Below, piece by piece: positions 6,483-12,837 of a stretch of DNA of 12,837 nucleotides. Every line of letters starts with the position of its first letter. The first letter of the stretch is position 1. This DNA is from Deltaproteobacteria bacterium. GTDB taxonomy: Bacteria > Desulfobacterota > Binatia > UBA12015. Below the pieces are notes generated by a model, which made no database searches, was not told where the DNA came from, and worked only from the letters and a program-made list of their open reading frames with translations. The position numbers and the translations under genes were made by a program. Location: NCBI GenBank assembly GCA_046583355.1, contig JAYGCM010000080.1:1-12837 (forward strand), in the 5' to 3' direction.

Positions 6483-8039
6483 ATGCAATATCCGGGCAAG
6501 ATGAGAGGTTCGGCCTATTGGGCCATCGCGCTGCTGGTCGGGGCCGCGGCCTGCGGCGGGAGCGACGACGAAAGCGCACGCAAACCGGCGGCGACAAACC
6601 CTGTCGTCGAGGGGCCGGTGACGGCGGGCGGTGGGCCGGAGTGCTGCTTCATTCTCGGCGGCGGCATCGACCTCCGTGACCTCGGATATACACCGGGCCG
6701 GGCGTTCTTCTCCGACGTCGCCTTCGACATCGCCGAGGTTGGCTATCAGCAGCGGGAATATTTCATCTCGGGCACCGCCACATCGTATAGGAACACCGCG
6801 GAACTCGAATCCGATGGGCGCTGGGAGATCGCGCCTGCGGATACGGCGCCATACAAATCGCGCATTGTCGTACATCGCCCGGTCGACGCCGCTGATTTCA
6901 ATGGCACGGTGATCGTCGAGTGGTTCAACGTCTCCGGCGGCCTCGACGCGGCACCCGATTGGCTGCAAACACAAACCGAGTTGATGCGTTCGGGGTATAT
7001 CTGGGTAGCCATCTCGGCGCAAAAAGTCGGGATTGACGGCGGCGGCGCCTTCGATATCGGCCTCAAGACGGTGGACCCCGTCCGCTATGGATCGTTGAGG
7101 CACCCCGGCGACAGCTTTTCATACGATATTTTCTCGCAGGGAGCGCAAGCCGTGCGCAATCCCGAGGGCATCGATCCGCTCGAAGGCCTGGTGGCGAAAC
7201 GCTTGATTGCTGTGGGACAATCGCAATCGGCATTTCGCCTGGTGACCTACGCCAATGCAGTGCATCCGACCGTCGAGTTATTCGATGGCTTCCTGATTCA
7301 TAGCCGCGGCGGCAGCAGCGCGGGACTATCACAGGCGCCGCAAGCAAACGTGCCGAGCCCCGGCGTCGTTTGGCTGCGTGACGACCTCCCCGAGCCGATC
7401 ATCACCCTACAGACCGAGACCGATATATTCGGCCTCGGCTCCCTGGCGATTCGCCAACCCGACACCGACAAGCTGCGCCTATGGGAGGTGGCGGGCAGCG
7501 CACACGCCGATATCTACACCACGCTCAAATCACCGATCGACCGGGGCGACGATCCGTCCGTGGCCGATGTGGTGGCGATCGCGGAGGTGCGACCGCCCTT
7601 CATCACTTGCGCAGCACCCGCCAACGACGGGCCCGGGCATTGGGTGGCCAAGGCGGCCATATCCGCGCTGGACACCTGGATCCGCAGCGGCGATCCGGCC
7701 GCAGCCGCCCCACTCCTGACCGTGAACGCGAGCGAGACCGCCTTTGCCGTCGACGAGTTCGGCAATACCCGCGGCGGGATCCGCACGCCCTACGTTGACG
7801 TGCCGGTGGCGCGTTTCTCGGGCGGGGGACAAGGATCCGACGCCTTCTGCGGCCTTTTCGGCACAACGACCTTGTTTGACCAAGAGACGCTCGACCGCCT
7901 CTATCCGAGCAACGCCGCCTACGTCGCGGCGATCCACGCGGCCACGGATGCCGCCGTCGCTGCCGGCTTTCTCCTCGAGGTCGACGCCGCCTTGATCAAG
8001 ACGCGGGCGCCGGATTCCGGAATCGGCGCGCCGGACTGA
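6483..8039 (+). CDS. Putative lipoprotein, alpha/beta-hydrolase domain-containing (Abhydrolase_10-like)
   Basis: RBS GAAGGAGGAG before ATG 6483. Signal peptide with lipobox-like LLVGAAA|CGG. Motifs REYFISGTA, RP.DAADFNGTVIVEWFNVSGG, RYGSLRHPGDSFSYDIFSQ, GQSQSA (nucleophile elbow), WEVAGSAHAD and DEFGNTRGGIRTPYVDVP. Confidence 0.85.
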   Translation: MQYPGKMRGSAYWAIALLVGAAACGGSDDESARKPAATNPVVEGPVTAGGGPECCFILGGGIDLRDLGYTPGRAFFSDVAFDIAEVGYQQREYFISGTATSYRNTAELESDGRWEIAPADTAPYKSRIVVHRPVDAADFNGTVIVEWFNVSGGLDAAPDWLQTQTELMRSGYIWVAISAQKVGIDGGGAFDIGLKTVDPVRYGSLRHPGDSFSYDIFSQGAQAVRNPEGIDPLEGLVAKRLIAVGQSQSAFRLVTYANAVHPTVELFDGFLIHSRGGSSAGLSQAPQANVPSPGVVWLRDDLPEPIITLQTETDIFGLGSLAIRQPDTDKLRLWEVAGSAHADIYTTLKSPIDRGDDPSVADVVAIAEVRPPFITCAAPANDGPGHWVAKAAISALDTWIRSGDPAAAAPLLTVNASETAFAVDEFGNTRGGIRTPYVDVPVARFSGGGQGSDAFCGLFGTTTLFDQETLDRLYPSNAAYVAAIHAATDAAVAAGFLLEVDAALIKTRAPDSGIGAPD

Positions 8040-8048
8040 GGACCAACC

Positions 8049-9659
8049 TCAGGCGGCCAGGCCGCGACGCTGGAGGCGAGCGCCGTCGGCGAGGTATTCC
8101 TCGTAGCCCACGTTGAGGTCGAAGAAGTTGCCACCCTCCAACTCCAGGACGCGCGTCGCCAGCGATGTGACAAATTGGACGTCGTGGCTGCCGAAGATCA
8201 TCGTGCCATCAAACTTCAAGAGGCCATTATTCAGGGCGGTGATGGATTCAAGATCGAGGTGATCCGTCGGGCCGTCCAACACCATAAAGTTCGGCTCTTG
8301 GAGCATGATCCGCGAGAGCATACAGCGGACCTTCTCGCCGCCCGAGAGAACGCGCGCGCTCTTGAGCACTTCGTCACCGCTGAAGAGCATGCGGCCGAGG
8401 AAGCTCCGGACGAAATTCTCTTCCTGGTTCTCGGTGAATTGCCCGAGCCATTGGATCAGGTTGAGGTCCGTATCGAAGAACTCGGTATTGTCCTTCGGGA
8501 AATGCCCGACCTTGACCGTATGACCGCATACGACCTCACCCGTATCCGGCTTGCGGACTCCGCTCAGAACTTCGAGCAAGGCGGTCACAGCGAGGTCATT
8601 TCCGGTGACGGCGATCCGCTCGCCCCTGCCTGCCGTGAAACTCACTCCCTCAAAGAGCATTTCGCCGTCGACAGAGACACTGAGGTTGTCGGCGACGAGC
8701 ACACCTTTGCCAAGAGACTTCTCGCAGCTCGCAAATTCCACCCAGGGGTATTTGCGCGAAGACGGCCGGATTTCGTCGAGCGTGATTTTATCAAGCAGTG
8801 ATTTACGCGAAGTTGCCTGGCGCGACTTCGAGGCGTTCGCGCTAAAACGCTGAATGAACGCCTTGAGTTCCTTGATGCGATCTTCCTTTTTCTGATTGGC
8901 CTGACGGCGTTGGTTCAACGCCATCTGGCTGGTCTCGTACCAGAAGGTGTAGTTGCCCGTGTAGATCTGGACCTTCTGGTAGTCGATATCCGCGATATGC
9001 GTACACACGCGGTCGAGAAAATGGCGGTCATGCGAAACGACGATGACCGTATTCTTGAACCCGTAGAGGAACTCCTCGAGCCAGAGAATCGAGTCGACAT
9101 CCAGATGATTGGTCGGCTCATCGAGGAGAAGAACATCGGGGTCGCCAAAGATTGCCTGGGCCAGAAGCACCCGGACTTTTTCGTTATCCGATAGATCCTT
9201 CACCAAGCGACCTTGGCGCGCGTCGCCCACACCCAGAGAACTGAGCAACTGCGCCGCGTCGGATTCCGCGTTCCAGCCGTCGAGGTTCGCGAATTCCTCT
9301 TCCAGCTCGCCTGCCCGAATGCCATCGGCATCAGAGAAGTCGGCCTTCGCGTAGACCGCATCCTTCTCTTTCATGACCTCATAGAGGCGCGGATGGCCCA
9401 TGACGACCGCTTGGCGGGCCTCGACTTCGTCGTATTCGAAGTGGTTCTGCTTGAGCATGCTCAAGCGCAAGGCATCCGGCATCGTCACCGACCCCGAGCC
9501 GGCTTCCTGCTCGCCGGCAAGGCAGCGTAGGAAGGTGGACTTCCCCGCGCCATTGGCACCGATCAACCCGTAGCAATTACCGGGGATAAACTTGGCGTCC
9601 ACATTCTCAAAGAGAACCCGGCCGGAGAAATCGAGGGTGAGTTTTTCAGTGCTGATCAT
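8049..9659 (-). CDS. ABC-F family ATPase, YkpA/YbiT-like (ribosome-associated translation factor family)
   Basis: Likely start is ATG 9659 (MISTEKL..., 536 aa). Two ABC domains, no TM segments. Motifs GNCYGLIGANGAGKST, LLLDEPTNHLD, VSHDRHFL, the interdomain linker FIQRFSANASKSRQATSR and LSGGEKVRCML. Confidence 0.93.
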   Translation of the reverse strand: MISTEKLTLDFSGRVLFENVDAKFIPGNCYGLIGANGAGKSTFLRCLAGEQEAGSGSVTMPDALRLSMLKQNHFEYDEVEARQAVVMGHPRLYEVMKEKDAVYAKADFSDADGIRAGELEEEFANLDGWNAESDAAQLLSSLGVGDARQGRLVKDLSDNEKVRVLLAQAIFGDPDVLLLDEPTNHLDVDSILWLEEFLYGFKNTVIVVSHDRHFLDRVCTHIADIDYQKVQIYTGNYTFWYETSQMALNQRRQANQKKEDRIKELKAFIQRFSANASKSRQATSRKSLLDKITLDEIRPSSRKYPWVEFASCEKSLGKGVLVADNLSVSVDGEMLFEGVSFTAGRGERIAVTGNDLAVTALLEVLSGVRKPDTGEVVCGHTVKVGHFPKDNTEFFDTDLNLIQWLGQFTENQEENFVRSFLGRMLFSGDEVLKSARVLSGGEKVRCMLSRIMLQEPNFMVLDGPTDHLDLESITALNNGLLKFDGTMIFGSHDVQFVTSLATRVLELEGGNFFDLNVGYEEYLADGARLQRRGLAA

Positions 9660-9776
9660 GGCAATTCCGCCGTAGGCGAACGGCTGGTTTAAGGTTGGGC
9701 CGGCCGCTTCACAAGCCCGAACGTACACACGGCCGCGCTTGGCGTCTCACGCAAGGCCGGATAGTGCTTGAACCCG

Positions 9777-10742
9777 ATGGACAATCACGCACATCAGACC
9801 GAGGGCGACGACACATCCGCTCAACTCGATAAAGGGCCCCTATGGAAGACCGTGGCACCCTGGATCGGTGCCATCGCGGTGATCGCCTACCTCTTCTACG
9901 AGGTTCCTCTTGAGGAAGTCATCGCCGCCGCGGGCGAAGCACGCCTGGAGTGGTTTATCCCCGGGATTCTCGTCGCTATCGGCTTCTGGTTCCTCCTGGA
10001 TTCGTTTGCTTTTGCCTACCTGATCACCCGCTTCAATCAGCCGCTTGCGTGGTCCGAAGCACGCGCCATGCGGGGCGTGACCTACCTTCTAGCGGCGATC
10101 AATTGGAATATCGGCACAGCCGGGATCATATTCTACCTGCGACGCTTCAAGGGCATTCCGGCTCTGGAGAGCACAAGCTCGATCCTCTTCTATTCCATTT
10201 TCGACACGATTGTCCTTCTGAGTCTCGCGCTTGTGGGGGCCTGGTCGCTCGAGACCTCCGCCGAATTGGGCCATATTGAATCCACTGCGGGAGGAATCCT
10301 CTTCGTCACCGCCGCGAGCCTGGCCGCCCTTCGCGCCAAGCGCCCCGATTGGGGCTGGACGCGGCGCGTGCGCGGCTGGGCGGTCTTTCGCTCGCACCTG
10401 CTAGCGACACCGAAAGATTTCGCCATATTGCTGGCAATCCGGACGGGCTATTTTGGTTGTTTTATTGCAACCTTCTACTTGGGCGCCATGGCCTTCGGCC
10501 TGGAGGTTTCGCTACCCCTCGCGATGGCCTCGACCCCATTGATCCTGCTCGCCGGCGCGCTTCCCATCACGCCCGGGGGCCTCGGCACGCAGGCGGCGGC
10601 CATGTTGTATTTATGGTCGGGAACGGGTGATCCGGCTGCCGTCCTGGCTCTCGGCCTCATCTTGCCGGTGGCACTCACGGGCACCCGCGTGCTCCTGGGC
10701 TTGCCCTATCTGGCCGAGTTCCGCCGCCTCTCGCCCTCCTGA
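9777..10742 (+). CDS. Lysylphosphatidylglycerol-synthase TM / flippase-like (UPF0104-type) membrane protein
   Basis: About 321 aa with multiple hydrophobic helices and the family motif LPITPGGLG. No soluble aminoacyl-transferase domain. Start is ATG 9777 or TTG 9768. Confidence 0.75.
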   Translation: MDNHAHQTEGDDTSAQLDKGPLWKTVAPWIGAIAVIAYLFYEVPLEEVIAAAGEARLEWFIPGILVAIGFWFLLDSFAFAYLITRFNQPLAWSEARAMRGVTYLLAAINWNIGTAGIIFYLRRFKGIPALESTSSILFYSIFDTIVLLSLALVGAWSLETSAELGHIESTAGGILFVTAASLAALRAKRPDWGWTRRVRGWAVFRSHLLATPKDFAILLAIRTGYFGCFIATFYLGAMAFGLEVSLPLAMASTPLILLAGALPITPGGLGTQAAAMLYLWSGTGDPAAVLALGLILPVALTGTRVLLGLPYLAEFRRLSPS

Positions 10743-10749
10743 GGGACGG

Positions 10750-11688
10750 TCATTGCTGGCGCGCTTCCCTTGCCGCAGCCTCGCGAAAGGCGTGGACCTC
10801 GGCGCGGGTGGGAATCGAGCACGCGGCGCCGGCACGACCCACACAAAGCGCTGCCGCCGCTGTCGCGCAGCCCAGTGCGTCACGCAAGGTTTCGCCAAGC
10901 GCCAGCGAAGCCGCCAACGAGCCCACGAAGGTATCCCCGGCAGCGGTCGTATCAACCACCTCGACGGCATGGGCGGGAAGCGCGATGGTCTCGCCTTGCG
11001 CCACCGCCACCACACCGCGCGCACCGAGGGTGGCAACGACCGTCGCCTGGAAATCTTTTGCCAGCCCCTCTGCGGCAACGGCAACCTCGGCCAGGGGCGG
11101 TGCGCCGTCCCGCTGGCCGGCGCCATAGAAGGCGAGCTCGGTTTCATTCACGATGAGGATGTCGGCCAGGTCCATCAGCTCCTTTGCGCAAAGTCGCGCC
11201 GGCGCGGGGTTCAGAATCGTGGTTGCGCCGGCAGCCGCGGCCACGCGAAAGCCGGCCAGAATTGCCTCGTCGCCGATCTCCAGCGGGCTCACGACCACAT
11301 CGCCTGCGGCCGCCTGGAAGTCGATATCCGCGGCACCCGTGCAGCCATTCGCGCCGGGCACGACAACGATCGAATTTTCGCCGTCGTCATTGACAAAAAT
11401 CAGTGCCCTACCCGTCGCGACCGCATCGACGGCACGCAGGCCGGAGACATCTACGCCTACCCGGGCCAGGTAGGCCGTCAACTCGCGCCCGGCGCTATCC
11501 TCGCCCACGCAGCCGACCATGCGCGTAGTCGCACCCAAGCGAGCCGCGGCTACCGCCTGATTCGCGCCCTTGCCGCCTGGCAGGCTTTGGAAATCGGCAC
11601 CTATGACCGTCTCCCCAGGCCGCGGGAAGTCCACCACCCGGGCGACCAGGTCCATATTGATACTGCCGACGACGTAAACCCTACCCAT
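10750..11688 (-). CDS. rbsK: Ribokinase (PfkB family)
   Basis: 312 aa. Motifs VVGSINMDLV, PRPGETV, PGGKGANQAVAAARLG, GENSIVVVPGAN, NPAPA, NETE and VVDTTAAGDTFVG. Confidence 0.9.
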   Translation of the reverse strand: MGRVYVVGSINMDLVARVVDFPRPGETVIGADFQSLPGGKGANQAVAAARLGATTRMVGCVGEDSAGRELTAYLARVGVDVSGLRAVDAVATGRALIFVNDDGENSIVVVPGANGCTGAADIDFQAAAGDVVVSPLEIGDEAILAGFRVAAAAGATTILNPAPARLCAKELMDLADILIVNETELAFYGAGQRDGAPPLAEVAVAAEGLAKDFQATVVATLGARGVVAVAQGETIALPAHAVEVVDTTAAGDTFVGSLAASLALGETLRDALGCATAAAALCVGRAGAACSIPTRAEVHAFREAAAREARQQ

Positions 11689-11800
11689 GCCCCCCCATGC
11701 CAGATCGCGCGATCACCGCCAAGCCAGCTCCGCTCCCGGTATTCACAATCGGGTGCGGACCTCCCTATAAAATAATTAATCAAGAGCCAGCCTTACGTGA

Positions 11801-11829
11801 TCGACGCAAGAGGTCCGGACCTCTAGGCT
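11801..11829 (+). promoter_or_regulatory. Candidate sigma70-type promoter (TCGACG-N17-TAGGCT) with a perfect 16-bp palindrome in the spacer
   Basis: TCGACG at 11801-11806, TAGGCT at 11824-11829 and AGAGGTCCGGACCTCT at 11809-11824. ATG follows at 11835/11838. Confidence 0.5.
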
Positions 11830-11834
11830 GGTCG

Positions 11835-12719
11835 ATGATGCAATCCGATCCCGTCGAAATGAGCTTCCGTGGCCGCCACGGCAATGCCCTGCACACAGAT
11901 GCTTTCGGCGACCCCGCCGCGCCGCCCATTGTGCTGGTCCACGGCGGGGGCCAGACTCGACACTCCTGGCATGCGACGGCCTCAACCCTGGCACGCGAGG
12001 GCTGGTTCGCGCTCACCCTCGACCAGCGCGGCCACGGTGATAGCGCCTGGGACAAAGAAGGCCGCTACCATTACGATGATTTCGCCGGCGACCTGGTGGC
12101 ATTGAGCGCAGAGCTTGCGCGCCCGCCGGTTCTCGTCGGCGCCTCCCTCGGTGGCCTTGCCTGCCTCCTTGCGCAAGGCAGTTCGGAGCAACCCGTGGCA
12201 CGCGCGCTCATCCTCGTCGATATTGCCGCGCGCATGAACCCGGCAGGAGCGCAGCGCATCATGGACTTCATGCGCGCGCGCCCCGACGGCTTCGCCAACC
12301 TCGACGAAGCCGCTGATGCAATCGCAGAATATAATCCGCATAGGCCGCGCCCCCGTGACCCCAGCGGCCTGGCCAAGAACCTGCGCCGGGGCGACGATGG
12401 CCGTTGGCGCTGGCATTGGGATCCGCGTTTCATGGCGATCAAGGGACGGCCGAACGCGGCCAAGAACGCACTCGATCAGGCGGCCGCCGCACTCGATATT
12501 CCCACCTTGCTGGTGCGCGGCCAACAAAGCGACCTGCTGACCATGGAAGGCGTCGAGCATTTCCGGGCACTCGCGCCCCATACCGAGTTCTGCGACGTCA
12601 CGGGGGCGGGCCATATGGTGGCCGGGGACAAGAACGATATCTTCAGCGAGGCCGTGCTGCGCTTCCTGCGCAAACTCGAAGACGGGCCCCGTCTGGACCC
12701 GGCCTTGTCGCCCACGTAA
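11835..12719 (+). CDS. Alpha/beta fold hydrolase
   Basis: Motifs LVHGGGQ (oxyanion hole), LDQRGHGDS, VGASLGG (nucleophile Ser), RGQQSD (Asp) and GAGHMVAGD (His). Likely start is ATG 11835/11838, not 11697. Confidence 0.92.
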   Translation: MMQSDPVEMSFRGRHGNALHTDAFGDPAAPPIVLVHGGGQTRHSWHATASTLAREGWFALTLDQRGHGDSAWDKEGRYHYDDFAGDLVALSAELARPPVLVGASLGGLACLLAQGSSEQPVARALILVDIAARMNPAGAQRIMDFMRARPDGFANLDEAADAIAEYNPHRPRPRDPSGLAKNLRRGDDGRWRWHWDPRFMAIKGRPNAAKNALDQAAAALDIPTLLVRGQQSDLLTMEGVEHFRALAPHTEFCDVTGAGHMVAGDKNDIFSEAVLRFLRKLEDGPRLDPALSPT

Positions 12720-12729
12720 ACAGGGAGGC

Positions 12730-12837
12730 ATGACGGAGCCGAATCTCGAGACCATCTTCCGCGATTGTACTCTCTGCGAGGCGCATTGTGGCGTTGCTGT
12801 CACAGTCGACCGTGCCGCCAATCGAGTCGTTGATATC
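12730..12837 (+). CDS. Molybdopterin (Mo/W-bisPGD) oxidoreductase, N-terminal 4Fe-4S domain, 3'-truncated
   Basis: Not in the ORF track. RBS GGGAGG (12723-12728), then ATG 12730: MTEPNLETIFRDCTLCEAHCGVAVTVDRAANRVVDI. This carries the CxxCxxxCG motif of DMSO-reductase-family catalytic subunits. Confidence 0.82.
   Translation, partial: MTEPNLETIFRDCTLCEAHCGVAVTVDRAANRVVDI

Noticed and set aside
9660..9776. Leader peptide/attenuator upstream of ABC-F, as in antibiotic-resistance ABC-Fs
   Set aside because: Only a short GTG-started frame without an RBS and a 5-bp stem; no terminator. The protein resembles housekeeping YkpA/YbiT rather than ARE subfamilies.
10627..12821. ORFs 10627..11775 (+) and 11982..12821 (-)
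   Set aside because: Antisense shadows of the ribokinase and the alpha/beta-hydrolase.

Overview
GC-rich bacterial chromosomal segment, densely coding. I see no rRNA, tRNA, CRISPR array, integrase or transposase. Gene order: partial sulfatase with a Cys-rich C-terminal tail (+); GH2 glycosidase and DoxX protein, translationally coupled (-); patatin-like lipase (-); TetR regulator, a small secreted-type ORF interrupted by an in-frame amber codon, and a putative F420-dependent LLM oxidoreductase (-); divergent lipoprotein alpha/beta-hydrolase (+); YkpA/YbiT-like ABC-F ATPase (-); LPG-synthase-TM/flippase-like membrane protein (+); ribokinase (-); alpha/beta-hydrolase followed by the start of a molybdopterin oxidoreductase (+). 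The gene content suggests a Binatia/Myxococcota-like organism (inference only). The most notable observations are: (1) a hidden 132-codon gene with a perfect RBS and a signal peptide broken by a single TAG; (2) two tandem 18-bp palindromic boxes at the tetR start; (3) an ABC-F with three degenerate motifs that all map to one composite ATPase site; (4) a perfect 16-bp palindrome filling the spacer of a candidate leaderless promoter; (5) a short direct-repeat cluster at 648-744. I cannot claim a complete novel system from sequence alone. The TetR/amber-ORF/LLM/lipoprotein-hydrolase module is the best candidate.
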